Positions 49,922-63,979 of a DNA stretch of 64,000 nt are shown here, piece after piece. The stretch is from contig NC_083409.1 of assembly GCF_020745735.1 (NCBI RefSeq), positions 17,566,341 to 17,630,340 on the forward strand, in the 5' to 3' direction. Numbering within the stretch: position 1 is the stretch's first letter; every line of letters starts with the position of its first letter. This DNA comes from Hemiscyllium ocellatum. Its lineage: Eukaryota. The position numbers and the translations under genes are program-made. The notes below the pieces were generated by a model that was given only the letters and a program-made list of their open reading frames with translations, made no database searches and had not been told where the DNA came from.

Positions 49922-50415
49922 TGTTAAGACGGTTCTACCGTCCCCGTGTTCGTTTCGGAGGAATGAGACACCGGGTCAGATTCTAAGAAACAGACTGCTT
50001 TATTCGAGAGAATCGAGTTACAGCAAGGTATCAGGCTTGCTGGAGAAGGCGCCTTCTGACCCTTTGTTCTAAGTTGTTTATTCTTATACCCCCCTTATTC
50101 CTGCACCGTTCCCTTATTTGGTAATGGTCGGTTCTATAGTTTGTCATTGGCCCCAGTCTCTTAACAGTGTTCTAACATACCTTATTTGGCTATCAGTAAG
50201 CTCAACTTGCTATGTACCAGATGGCCCCTTTGTTCTGTTTTTCAAGTTTTACTGCTCTTTCAGTACTTTTCCACTGGTTCAGTTATCTTCCTCAGACCTC
50301 GTGTCTGTTTCCCCCTCTGGGGCCCACTGGCTACATCAGCCTGAGAGCTACTTCTACCTAACATTTTAATGTTACTTCTATCTCACACTCGCCTGAGTGC
50401 TACTTCTACCTAACA
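49922..50415 (-). mobile_element. Solo LTR, 494 bp, TGTTA...TAACA, 4-bp TSD
   Basis: TSD GTAG at 49918-49921 and 50416-50419. The minus strand has TATAAG (50088-50083) and then AATAAA (50004-49999), in U3-R-U5 order. Confidence 0.88.
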
Positions 50416-52949
50416 GTAGGAATAGGGCCAGTCAAAGACAGCAGTGGGAAGTTGTGTGTGCACCCTGTGGAGATCGGAGAGGTGCTAAATGAATATTCCT
50501 CATCTGTTTTCACTCAAGAAAAGGAGAATATTGTCGAAGAGAAGACTGAGTTATTGGACTAGAAAGGATTGAGGTTAGTAAAGAAGAGATGTTATCAATT
50601 CTGATAGGAGTAAAAGTAGACAAGTTCCCTGGGCTGGATGGGATAAATCTTCGGATTCCCTGGGAGCCTTTGGCTTTGATCTTTGAGTTGTCATTGTCTG
50701 CAGGTTTAGTACCAGAGGACTGGAGGATTGCAAATGATATGCCCTTGTTCAAGAATGGCAGTAGAAATGACCCAAGTAATTATAGATCAGATAGCCTTAC
50801 ATCTATTGTAGGAAAAGTTTTGAAAAGGATTATAAGAGGTAAGATTTATAATCATCCCGCAAGCAACAATTTGATTGCAGATAGTCAATATCGTTTCGTC
50901 AAGGGCAGGTCTTGTCTCACAAACCTCGCTGAGTTTATTGAGAAGGTGACCAAGCATGTGGATGAGGGTAGGGCAGTTCACGTAGCGTACATGGACTTCA
51001 GTAAAGCCTTTGATAAGGTTCCACAAGGTAGGCTGTTGGAGAAAATGCAAGGCATGGGATTGAGGGTGATTCAGCAGTTTGGAGTAGTAACTTGCTTTCT
51101 GTAAAAAGGTAGCGAGTGGTGGTTGATGGAGAATATTCAGCCTGAAGTTCGGTGACTAGTGGTGTTCCATAAGGATCTGTTTTGGGACCTGTTTGTCATT
51201 CTTATAAATGACTTGGATGCAGGCAGTGGTCGATTTGTTAGTAATATTGCAGATGACACTAAAGTCAGTGGAGTAGTGGATAGTGTGGAAGAATGATGCA
51301 GGTTGCAAGGGGACTTGGATAATTGGGCTGAGAGGTGGAAAATGGAATTCAATGCAGATAAATGTGAGGTGATTCACTTTCGGAAGAATAACAGGAAAGC
51401 AGAATACTGGGTCAATGGAAAGATTTTTGGTAGTGTGGATATGCAGAGGAATCTTGGAGTGCATGTACATAGATCCCTGAAAGTTACCACCCAGGTTGAT
51501 AGTTCTGTTAGGAAGGCACACGGTGCGTTAGGTTTTATTGGTAGAGGGATTGAGTTCCAGAGCCATGATGTCATGCTGCCACTGTACAAAACGCTAGTGT
51601 GACCTCACTTGGAATATTGTGTACAGTTCTGATCGCCCCATTACAGGAAGGATGTGGAAGCATTGGAAAAGGTGTAGAGGAGATTTACCAGGATGTGCCT
51701 GGTCTGGAGGGAAGGTCTTAGGAGGAAAGGCTGAGGGACTTGGGTCCATTCTCTTTGGAGAGAAGAAAGCTAAGAAGGATTTAACAGAGACATACAAGAT
51801 GATCAAAGGATTAGGTAGGGTGGACAGTTAGAGTCTTTTTCTAAGCATGATAATGTCGGCTTGTACAAGTGGGCATAGCTGCAAATTGAGGGGTGATAGA
51901 TGTAAGTCAGATGTCAGAGGCAGGTTCTTTACTCAGAGAGTGGTAAGGGTGTGGAATGCCCTACCTGCCAATGTAGTTAACTCAGCCACATTAGGGAGAT
52001 TTATACTGTCCTTGAGTAAGCATATGGATGATGTTGGGATAGTGTAGGGGGATGAGCTTAGATTAGTTCACTGGTCGGCACAACATCGAGGGCCGAAGGG
52101 CCTGTCTGCACTGTACTGTTCTATGTTCTATGTTCTGCAAGTGTGGCTAATTTTGGTTAAGTACAGTTTTGCATACTTTGCTTAGTTCAGCTCTTTTGGC
52201 CACTGTTCATTATTGCAGGGTCACACTGTCTAGAGTGTTCCTGCATTCTGTTGTGTACTATTGTGTTCTGGGAGTCATGCTCGGGAAAGTATGTGAACAC
52301 ATTGGAGAGAGTCCAGAAGTGATTTACACGAATATTCCAGGGATGAGGTACTTCAATTGGGAAGAAAGATGGAAGATATTGAGACTGTTTTCCTTGGAGA
52401 GTTGAAGGCTGAGAGGAGATTTGTTTGAAGCTTTCAAAATCATGGAGGGTCTGGACAGAGTGACTAGGGAGAAAGTGTTACCGCTCCTAAAAGGATCAAG
52501 CATGAGGGTGCACAGACTCAAGGTTATTCACAAAGAAACAAAATTAACACAAGAAGAAAATCTGATCACACAGCAAGCAATTAGCATCTGGAATGCACAG
52601 CCTGGAGTTGTGGTGGAAACAGGTTCACGTGGAGTACTGGGCGGTTGGTTAAACAGAAACAATGTCTGGGGTCATTGGGAAGAGGCAGGAAATTGGCAGA
52701 GTCATAACACTCATTCAGAGAGCTAGTACATACTCGATGGACCAAAGGACATCTCCTGCACCGTGACAACTTCATGATTCTGTTGTTAATTTCACTTTTA
52801 ACCCTTCAGTGCTATCCAATGTTATTTACAATTATGTCATGGAATACAGGGTGGTCAGGACCAAAGTATGAAAATTGACAATAGTGACATTGCCAATGTA
52901 AAGTAAGAAAGGTGAGCACAGTGACTAAGGAATTACACTGTATCATTAT

Positions 52950-54899
52950 CTACTGAGGAGGAAGATGCCAGCTGGCTGTTCCATGGAAATTAATGTTGGA
53001 TCAATGATGGGCACTCTTCAAAATTATCAACAGCAACGTAGAATATAATGTTACTAAATGATGACAAACCCTCAGGATTAGGTGGTTTCTATCATCAAAT
53101 TTTGATGGAAGCTGGTCAGAACATTTCAGATGCTCTGACTTTATAATCTTCCAAAGTTCTCTCCATTTGGTAGCATTCATTTAAATGGGAAAATTGTTCA
53201 TGTCATTCCACTGTTTAAGAAAAGTGAGAGATGACAATGAAGGAATTATAGACCTGTTAGCACAACATCTGTTGCTAGGGAATTACTACAGTGGATAAGT
53301 AAGGTTAAGGTGACTGTAAACCTTGAAAATGTTCAGCTAATCAGAGACAGGCAGTACAGATTTGTCAATTATAGGTCATGCCTGATGGAACTTGCCTGAT
53401 TTAATTTTTGAAGGGATTACTAAAGTAGTGGAGGAGGGAATTGAGCTTAAACATCTCAGTCCAAGGACATCATTGCATGAGTTCCTCAGGGTAGTGAGTC
53501 AGGATCAACCATCAAGAGACTTTTCTGATTCGGTATGTGGATGTACCAAATAGAGAAGGTAGAAAACTTGACTTACTATGGGGAAATAAGGCAGGACAAG
53601 TGACTGAATGTCAGTGGGGGAGCACTTTGGGGCCAGCTATCATAATTCTATTAGTTTTAAAATATGATGGAAAATGATAGACCACATCTAAAAGTTGAAG
53701 TTCTAAATTGAAGGAAGGCTAACTTTGACAGTATTCGGCTAGAAAGGTAAAGGGACGGCTGGGAAAAGGGAAGCCAGAGAGAGTGCATTCCTTTTAGGGT
53801 GAAAGTAAGGCTGAGAGGTGTAGGGAATGTTGGATGACTAGAGAAATTGAGATTTTATGTTCAGAAAAAGTAGGAAGCACATGTCAGGTATAGACAGCAG
53901 AGATCGAGTGAATCCTTTGAAGAGTATAAAGGCAATAGGAGTATACTTAAGACGGAAATCAGGAGGGCAAACAGGGAACATGCGATAGCCTTGTCACATA
54001 GGGTTAAGGAGAATCCAAAGAGATTTTATAAATACATTAAGGACAAAAGGATGAGAAATGGGGAGAGAATAGGGACCCTCAAAGATCAGCAAGACAGCCT
54101 GTGTGTACAACCGCAGGAGATGGGGAAGAAAGAAAATGAGTACTTTGCATCAGTGTACTGTGGAGAAGGAAATGGAAGAATGTGGGGAAACAGATGGTGA
54201 CATCTTGGAAAATGTTCATATTTCAGAGGAGGAGGTGCTGAAAGTCTCGAAATACATAAAATACATCCTAAGGACCTGATCAGGTGTACCCTAGAATTCT
54301 GTGGGATGCTAGGGAAGTGATTGCTGGGCCATTTGCTAAGATATTTGTATGATCGATAGTCACAGGTGAGGTACTGGAAGCCTGGGGGTTGGCTAATGTG
54401 ATGCCCCTGCTTAAGAAAAGGGGTAAGGAAAAGCCATGGAACTGTAGACCAGAGAGCAACGTCGGTGGTGGGCAAGTTATTGGAGGGAATCCTGAGGACA
54501 GGATTTACATGCATTTGGAAGGCAAGGACTGATTAGGGTAGTCTGTATGGCTTTGTGCGTGGAAATCATGCCTCACGAACTTGATTGGGGTTTTTGAAGA
54601 AGTCACAAAGAAAATTGATGAGGACAAAGCAGTGCAAGTGATCCAAATGGACTTCAGTAAGGCGTTCGACAGGTTCCTCATGGGAGATTGGTTGGCAAGG
54701 TTAGATTTCACAGAATACAGGGAGAACTGGACATTTGGATACAGAACTGGCTCAAAGGTAGAAGACAGAGCGGGGTGGTGGTGGAGGGTTGTTTTTCAGA
54801 CTGAAGGCCTGTGAGCAGTGGAGTGCCACAAGGATCGGTGCTGTGTCCACTACTTTTCATAATTCATATAAATGATTTGGATGTGAACATAAGAGGTAT
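52950..54899 (+). mobile_element. Degenerate CR1 ORF2 fragments running into the gap
   Basis: VKENPKRFYKYIKDKR, MDFSKAFDR and SGVPQGSVLCPLLFIIHINDL. Confidence 0.8.
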
Positions 54900-55399
54900 N
54901 NNNNNNNNNNNNNNNNNNNNNNNNNNNNNNNNNNNNNNNNNNNNNNNNNNNNNNNNNNNNNNNNNNNNNNNNNNNNNNNNNNNNNNNNNNNNNNNNNNNN
55001 NNNNNNNNNNNNNNNNNNNNNNNNNNNNNNNNNNNNNNNNNNNNNNNNNNNNNNNNNNNNNNNNNNNNNNNNNNNNNNNNNNNNNNNNNNNNNNNNNNNN
55101 NNNNNNNNNNNNNNNNNNNNNNNNNNNNNNNNNNNNNNNNNNNNNNNNNNNNNNNNNNNNNNNNNNNNNNNNNNNNNNNNNNNNNNNNNNNNNNNNNNNN
55201 NNNNNNNNNNNNNNNNNNNNNNNNNNNNNNNNNNNNNNNNNNNNNNNNNNNNNNNNNNNNNNNNNNNNNNNNNNNNNNNNNNNNNNNNNNNNNNNNNNNN
55301 NNNNNNNNNNNNNNNNNNNNNNNNNNNNNNNNNNNNNNNNNNNNNNNNNNNNNNNNNNNNNNNNNNNNNNNNNNNNNNNNNNNNNNNNNNNNNNNNNNN
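54900..55399. other. Assembly gap (500 N)
   Basis: A run of exactly 500 N, which looks like a fixed-size scaffolding gap. Confidence 0.99.
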
Positions 55400-58300
55400 A
55401 GTGCTATCAATCAGCACCTGCTCAGCAATAACCTGCTCAGTGATGCCCAGTTTGGGTTCCTCCAGGGTCACTCAGCTCCTGGCTTCATTACAGATTGGTT
55501 CAAACATGGACAAAAGAGTTGAATTAGGGATGAGAATAAATGCTGGCCTTGGGCAACTGGGGATAAGCAACAATCCGGCCAGCCAGTGATGCTCACATTA
55601 CACAAAATGAATAATTTTTTAAAACACTTGTCAAGTTATAGGTAAACTCAACATGTGATTGAACCAGCATCCTTAATTCCTCTCCCAGTTTTTGAGGAAC
55701 ATTCAGTCGTGTAAGGTGTGTCAAGTAGTGAGTATAATGGAGGAGGGGATGTGAAAAAAGCATGAGATCCAAAGGCAATTGGACAATTTCAAAGTGAACT
55801 TCTCCTATGAGGTGAACAAATTCAGAGATATTATAGAATTCAGACACTGTATTTTTGCATCTGGAGGAAGATCAACAGAGGGACAGAGTGAGATTGCTCA
55901 GAGAATACAAAGAAGTTTGTCTGAGGAGTGGTTGGAGCCAGTATTCAGTCTGTACTTGATGGAGTTTGGAAGGATGAGGGGCAATCTCAGTGAAACATAC
56001 TGTATACTGAGAGGCCTGGATAGAGTAGACATGGAGAAGATGTTTCCACTTGGCAGAGAGACTGAGGGCACAGCTTCAGAATGAAGGGACCATCCTTTGG
56101 AACTGAGATGAGGAGGAGATTTTTCATCCAGAGAGTGGTTAATCTGTGGATTAATCATTGCTGCAGAATGCTGTGGAGGCCAAGTCATTGAGTGTATTTA
56201 AGACAGAGATAGATGGATTCTTGATTGGTAAAGGGATCAAGGGTAATGGAGAAAAGGCAGGAGATTGGGGTTGACAAACAAATCAATTATGATCGAATGG
56301 CAGGGCAGACGTGATGGGCTGAATGGCCTAACTCTACACTGATACATGGTCTTTAGAAGATACACTTAGGTGTCCCAGATTAATCGAACATGATGTGGAT
56401 GTAGGTTATTCAGACCCAATAAAACAAAATCCATTTTGATTAAAACCAGAGAAATAAGTCAAAGTAACAAATGAAGCTCAATACTTGTTGGAGAATCAAT
56501 TGATTGAATTGTCAGCGTAATTGGAGTTCTCTTGTGTAGGATTGAGCAAAAGTCACTATCATCTAAAACCCTGGATTTTTTTGTCAAAAAATGGCTGACT
56601 GGAACTATTGTTCTGCCTGGAATTCCAGTTCACAACTCAACTCTGAAAGGGACACCAACCAGAACACATTCTCTTGAATGAAACTAACTTTTACAACCTC
56701 GGCCTACTAACACACACTACCAACAAGCAGCTTTAGAACCAAGAACTACAGAGGCTGAACAGAGAAGCTGAATCCAGACACCAAACCAAGAGCATCATTG
56801 TAACAAAGGACACCCGAGAGCAGGAACACCAACCAAACGCTATCTGAACAAGAGCTTCCAGACACAGGCCTGTTCTGAATAAACACAGAGATTCTTTTGC
56901 CCTGAAACACCTGTCTATTGCCTTCTTAATTTCACAGTTTTAAATCAGCCCATTTGTGGAACCAGAGATCTGGGGATGATTCAAACCACCTAAAAATCAG
57001 CAAATTACTGATCACAAACAAGAGAGGGTCCCCTGATTGAACTGTTAAGAGTAGTTGGAGTTCTCTTGTTTGGTGACTCAGCCAGATGTTTCAATTCGAT
57101 TCTGTGTACACTATAGGAAAGTGAATGTTGTCACAAAGATGGATTTGTATCCTATTTCCAGGTCAGAAGATTGCATTGAAATGGTGGGTAGTGTGTCATT
57201 CCTATTGAAAATTGATTTGATGAAAGTATATTGACAAGTACCGCTGACAAAAGCCAAGGAAATTTCTGCCTTTGCTGCATTCTGGATCTTTGTACACTAA
57301 GGAAAACTTCAATCCATTTGAAACATGTTGGACGTCAGGGTATAGACTGAGGGCAGAACTGAAGAAAATTAGTTTTATTCGGGAAATGGTTTTGGAAAAT
57401 TTATGGGATTAAAGTTTGATAAATCCGCAGGGACCAATAACCTACATTTCAGATTACTTCAGGAATTGCCCAAAAATTTTGGGAACATTGGTGTTCAAGA
57501 TTCTATTGATTCTGGAACTTTCCCAGTGACTGGAGAGTTGCGAATGTAACATCACTGTTTAAAATGGGAGGGAGAGAGAAAAGTGGGCAACCTGGACCAG
57601 TCAGCCTGGCATTGGTATTGGGAAAAATAGTCAAGTTCGTTGTGAAAGATTTAATCACTGGGCACGTGGAAGACAGTGACAGGATTAGACAGAGTCAGCA
57701 TGGTTTGTGAAAGGGAAATCATGCTAAATAAATTGACTGGAATTGTTCGAGGATGGAATGAGCAGATTTGACAAGGGGGAGCCAACGGATGTGGTTTATC
57801 TGGAACCTTCAGAAGGCTTTTAAACAGTCCCACAGTAGAAATTAGCATATAAAAGTAAGACTCATGGGACTGGGGGCAGTGTACTGACATGGATAGAGAA
57901 GTGGTTGGCAGGCTGGAAACAAAGAGTAAAAAAAAACAGACCTTTTTCTGAAAGGGTACTACAGGCCTGGATCCAGCTAGTCACATATTTGTTCATGGTT
58001 TAGATGAGGGAACTTAAGAGTAATATCTCCAATTTGCAGATGACACAAAGCTGGGTGGGAGGGGGAGCAGTGAAGAAGATGCAGAGATGCCTGTGTCCGT
58101 GTATACCAGTCACTGAAAGTCAGCGTGTAGGTGCAGCAGGCAGTGCAGAAGGTAAATGATATGTTACCTTTATAGTGAGAGAATTTGCGTACAGGAACAG
58201 GGATGTCTTGCTGTAATTGTATGGGGCCTTAGTGAGTCCACTCCTGAATATTCAAACCAAAACTGGTTCAGTGACAGGAGACAGAGGGTGGAGGCAGAAA

Positions 58301-61300
58301 TTTGTTTATGTGACTGGGCCCAGTGTGCAGTGGGATACCACAGGGATCAGTGCTGGGTCCCTTATTGTTTAGGATGTATTGAAACAATGAAGATGAGAAT
58401 GTGAGAGGTGAGGGGTGGGGGTGAGTGGATGATGACTGAGTTTTTGGATGACACGAGGTTTGGCAGATGGTTGACAATGAGGAAGAAGGTCTTGGGTTAC
58501 ACGAGGATCTAACTGGATTGGTCAGATGGGCAGATCAGAGTCAGATGGAACTTACCCCTGATAAATGTGAGGTGATGAACTTTGGACAATGTAACAGGTG
58601 AATAAAGTATTGATGAAATCATATGGGACACTTGCCTTTATCATTTCAGGTATAGATGAGAAGACCAGGGAAGATATGTTGGAGCTATTCAGAATTTTTG
58701 TTAGGCCACAGCTGGAGTACTGTGTGCAGTTCTGGTCACCACGCAATCGGAAGGATGGGATTGTATTGGAGGGGGTGCAGAGAATAGTCACCAGGATGTT
58801 GCTTGGGATGAAGCATTTCAGCGATGAAGAGAGGCTGGATAAACTCGGGTTGTTTTCTTTGAAGCAGAGAAGGTTGAGAGGACCTGATAGAGGTGTAAAC
58901 GGCTATGAGGGGAATGGACACAATGAATAGAAAGCAGTTGTTCCTCTTCTTCGGAGTTGGCACACATTCACTGTGAAAGACAGGAGCTTCATAGGGGATT
59001 TGAAGAGGAGATTTTCACCCAGAGGGTGGTGGGGGTCTGGTTTGCATTGTCTGGGCTGGTAGTTGAGGAGGACTTTTAAAAGTACTTGGATTAACCCTTG
59101 AAATATCATAACATTTAAAGCTATGGGCCTTGTGTTGGAAAGTTGGATGAATGCAGGTTTACTGTAGTTTGGATGGTACAGGTACAATGGGTCGAAGGGC
59201 CTCTTCTGTACTGTGCGATTTTACGATTGTATTGTGTGCAGTTTTGGTCTACTTATCTGAGGAAAGATGTTCTGGCTGTGGAGGGAGGGCAGCGAAGGTT
59301 TACCAGGCTGACTCCTGGGATGACAGCAATTAGACTTAGATCTGATGAGAAACTGGATCAGTTAGGATTATATTCACTGGAGGTTAGAAGATTATGGGGA
59401 GTCACACTGAAAACTCTAGAATCCTAACAGGACAAGGCAGGATGTTCCTGATGACGAAGGAGTCCAGAATCAAGGATTAAAGTTTAAGGATACGGGAAAG
59501 GACATTTAGAGCTGAGATGGAGAGAAATATTTTCATTCTACAGGAAGCCTGTAGAAGTTTCTGTCACTGAAAGCAGTTCAGCTCAAACCACTGAATGTTT
59601 TCCAGAAAGGGCACAATACAGTTCTTAGAATGAAAGGGATCAAAGGTTATGGGGATGAAGCAGGAACAGGCAACTGAGTTGGATGATCAGCCATGATCAT
59701 ATTGAATGGCAGAACAGGCTCGAAGGGCTGAATGGCCTATTCCTGCTCCGAGTTTCACTGTTTGAGAGATTGTTCATCAACGTGGAACCATATTGAATAA
59801 GAGAAAAACATTTGCCTTGGGTTAGGAATTAGTTTGGAGATAGGAGACAGAGTGAGGGAATAATGTGTGTGTCCTCAAATGAGCAAGAGGTGAATAGTGG
59901 TGTGCCCAGGGATCCGTCCTGGGACTTTAGCATTTCATAATATTTCTGAATGACTTGGATGAAGGAATAGAGAGCCATATATCCAAGATTGCTGACCACA
60001 CTGAGTGAGGCAGCTAGGAGGAGGTTACAGAGATGGGGAGGGTCGATGGACAGGGAGGGACTTCAGAACAAGGACGAGAATTTGAAAATCGAGGTGTTAT
60101 TGGACCGGGAGCCAATGTCGCTCAGTGAGGACAGTGGGGGATGGGGATGGGATTTGTTGCGAGTTCGGATACGGGCAGCAGAGTTTTGGGGTGAGCTGAA
60201 GTTTACAGAGGGCAGTGGCTGTGATGTGGCCCAAGACAACATTAGAATGGTCATGTTTGGAGTCCCAAAGCAACGAGTGGGACTTTCAGTGAGTGATCTC
60301 TGTGCTGTGGAGGATTTGGGGCTCAGATCAGCCTCAAAGATGAGGCCAAGATTTTAAGGAATCTGGTACTAAATAAAAGCCGAAAAAGCTGCAGATGCTG
60401 CAAATGAGGAACAAAAACAGAAATTGCTGGAAAAGCTCGGCAGGTCTGGCACCATCTGTGGAGAGAAAGCAGAGTTAAAATTTTGGGACGTGAACCTTCT
60501 CAGAACTGTTCTGAGGAAGGGTCACTCGACCTGAAAGGTTAACTCTGATTTCTTTCCCCAGATGCTGCCAGACCTGCTGAGGTATTCTGTTTTTGTAAAG
60601 AGTCTGGTTGAGCAGCAGACAGTGCTCAGGGAGAGGGATGGAGGTTGTACCGGGACCTGAAGGGGATGGCTTTGATCTTCCCAATGTGTTTCCCAGTGAG
60701 CCTGGCTCCTCAGTCCTGACTGCTCTTAGCTGCTGTGATTGTCACTGATTGGACACTTATTATTAGAGATTCTGACCACAGCAGAAAGCCCCAGTGTAAA
60801 AAATAACTGCAAAGGCTGTCAGATCGCAAGGTTGAAACTTCACCAAGTGAGGAAGTGAAAGAAGGAGCTCGGAGCAGCTGGACATTTGTTACTGAGACGG
60901 GAGAAAACTGTGAACTGTCTGCACTCCCTGGAATCTGACAGCACATAAGAACATTAAAACCAGGAGAAGGAGCAGGCTCTCTGGCCTCTTGGGCTGCTCT
61001 GCCATTCAGTAAGATCATGGCTGATCTTTTCATGGCCTCAGCTCCCCCTTATCCACCTTTTCACCAAAACCCTTGATTCATTTACTGTTCAAAAAATTAC
61101 CTAAATCAGCTTTAAAAACATTTACTGAGGAAACCTCAACGACTTCGCTGGGCAGGGAATTCCATAGATTCACCACCCTCTGGGTGAAGAAGTTCCTTCT
61201 CTATTTAGTCCTAAACCTGCACCCCCCCCCCCCCCACCTGTGGTGTCTGTGAGTGATCCAATTATTCCCACTGCCCCTCTCTCCCCATAACCCAGCAAAT

Positions 61301-63941
61301 CTTTCCTTTCAGCTCGATCTCCAGCTGCCTCTTGTTGACTTGGGTCCACAGCAGAGACTGTCCCTAACCTGGGCTCCAAGCTGGCATCTCATTCATTCAT
61401 TGGGAGGCAAACTGCCTGGGCTGGGAAATGGAGCTCAGGACCCTGAACATTCCCTCTCCCCTCCTGAGGGACATTTGATGCTGAGGTTTAATTCTATGGA
61501 AGTTTACAATATATGCCTACAATACACACTTCTCCATTCTGTGTGTAAAAGGCTGGAGCCTGCCAGCAGGATATTCAACTGCAGGAGCCGTCATCAATTT
61601 GACCAATTCTGACCACACCCACTCTCCGTAACCTTTCAACTAATTACTAAAATCAAATCTGTCAATCTCCTCCTTGGTATGAGACAGGGAAGGGGCCATT
61701 TCATTCCAGACAATTTGGAATTTATGGAGCACAGATGGAGTAAGCTGAGAGAGGACATCAGAATGTTGGAGTTTGGAGGTGGGATGAGCAGGAATAAGAG
61801 TTTCTGTGGTCAAGGGGCTGATGTAGTGCAGAGACAAACAATGTAGTGGAGATTGAAATAAGAGACCTAGGTGATGGAGAGGAAGTGGGGTTTGAAGCTC
61901 CAATACTGGAGGGTCCAGTGGGAAAGAAGCTCAGGCTTATTGCTGTCCATTGGACATTCCAGTGGGATGGAGGCCCATGTTTCCTGATCTCTGTTGGAGG
62001 TTCCAATTGAGTCCCATGGAATTGGAATGTTGGCATTTCTTGCAGCAATTGGAATCTTGGTATTTATTATAAAAGGACTGGATTACAGAAATAAAGAAAT
62101 ATTGTGACAATTCTATTAGGCATTGGTGAGACCACATCTGAAGCATTGTGTCCAGTTGTGGTCTCCTTACTTGGTGAAGGATATGGTGGCACTGGATTCA
62201 GTTCAGAGGATGTTCGCCAGACTGATTCCCCGGATGAAAGGGCTGCCATATGAGGAATGGTTGAATAGCTAGGGCTTGTACTCACTGGAATTCAGTTGTA
62301 TGAAGGGGAGATCTGAGTGAAGTATATAAGATGCTAAAGGAGATTGATAGGGCAAGCATTGAACAGATGTACTCTCTTGTGGGCCAGTCTCGAACAAGAG
62401 GTCATAGACATAGAGTGAGAGGAGGTATGTTTAAAACTGAGATGAGGAGAAACTACAGGTGACAGAGTGGTGCAGTGGTGAGCACTGCTGCCTCACAGTG
62501 CCAGGGCCCCAGGTTCGACTCCACCCTCAGGCAACTGCATGGAGTTTGCACATTCTCCCCCTGTCTGTGTGAGCTTCATCTGTGTGCTCTGATTTCCTCC
62601 CACAGTCTAATGATGTACACGTTCAGAGGATTGGCCATGCTAATTTACCCATAGTGTCCAGGAAAGTGTAGGTTAGATTCATTAGTCATGGGAAATATAG
62701 GGTTACAGGGAAAAGGTTCCAGAATGGCTCTGGGTGGAATGCTCTTTGAAGGGTTGGTGTGGACTTATTGGGCTGAATGGCCTGGTTTCATACTGTATGG
62801 AATCTGTTCCATTCCAACTACTTCTCGCAGAAGGTTGCGAATCTGTGGATGTCAGTGCGCACCATCATCTCCACCCCCCCACCCCCCCACCCCCCCCCCC
62901 CCCCCCCCCCCCTTCCTCAAGCACAGTGGAGGCAGAATCAATCAACAGATTCAAGAAAGAAACAGATATCTTTCTGATGAAAAGCAGGATAGAGGGCAAT
63001 AGGTAGCCGTCTGGAAAGTGGAGAGGAGGTTAAGTTCAGCCATGATCATGTTAAATAGGAAACGGGTTTGATTACCTATTCCTGCTCCTCATTCCGAAGT
63101 TCAATCTTGCAATGAGATCCTTGTTTACTGGTCTGTATTGGAGGATCCATTCACAAAGAGTCACATCTTTACTGGTCTGTATTGGAGGAGCCAGTTTGAA
63201 GCTCGTCTATATTTACTGGTCTGGACTGGAGAGTTCAAAGAAATGGAGGCCTTTCTCTCCTGGTTTCTATTGGAGGGCCCAGTAGGAATAAGGTCCATGT
63301 TAACTAGGCTCTGCTCGAGTATTCAGTGGGAAATAGACCCATATTTACTGGTCTCCATTGGAGGCTCCAGCGGCAAAGATGCCTATGTTTAATGGTCTCT
63401 ACTGGAGAGTTCTGTGGGAATGAATTCCATGCTTACTGGTCTCCACTGGACAGTCCAGTGGGACATGGATACTGTAGTGAGTGTGGGGCTCATTTCCTTT
63501 CTGTAGTAACTGTGTGATGGTCCAATCCTCATACCAATAAAATTGGAGCTTGACCATGGAAGGGGAAGGTGAGGGGAAAGGATTGGAACATGTTGTGAAT
63601 GGATAGGATGGGTCAATGGGTCAGATCCTGTCCTATCCCTCCAGCTCAAACTGATGGCCTGAGGATCTCCTCCCTCTGCTGGGCTTTCATGGAATGAGGT
63701 TTGTGTCCAAACCAGTCTCCAGTAAGAATGGGCCAACAACACAGAATTGCCCTTCATTTGACAAGAATCTGACCGTCTTCCTGAGAGAGGCCAAACCCTG
63801 GTCAATGTGGGAAATGGGCCTTTATTCCAGGAGCAGACATACTCCTGGTGTCAAGGGTTAACATCCATTAGATTTGGAGGAGATATAACCTGTATTTAAC
63901 TTTTACCACTTGGGACCTTGTTGGAAAGGCAGAGAGTGTGC

Positions 63942-63979
<38 letters not shown>

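Larger units (their letters stand above)
45790..52137 (+). mobile_element. Near-full-length degenerate CR1 LINE (ORF1 esterase, endonuclease, RT, TTCTATG tail) hosting three nested inserts
   Basis: RALVIGDSIV (about 45835), LKCVYFNARSI/AISETW (about 48590-48700), YRFVKGRSCLTNL...YMDFSKAFDKVP, ADDTK, and the tail CTGTTCTATGTTCTATGTTCT. Confidence 0.9.

Noticed and set aside
54811-55471. Long ORFs of 186-206 aa
   Set aside because: They are artefacts of translating through the N gap.
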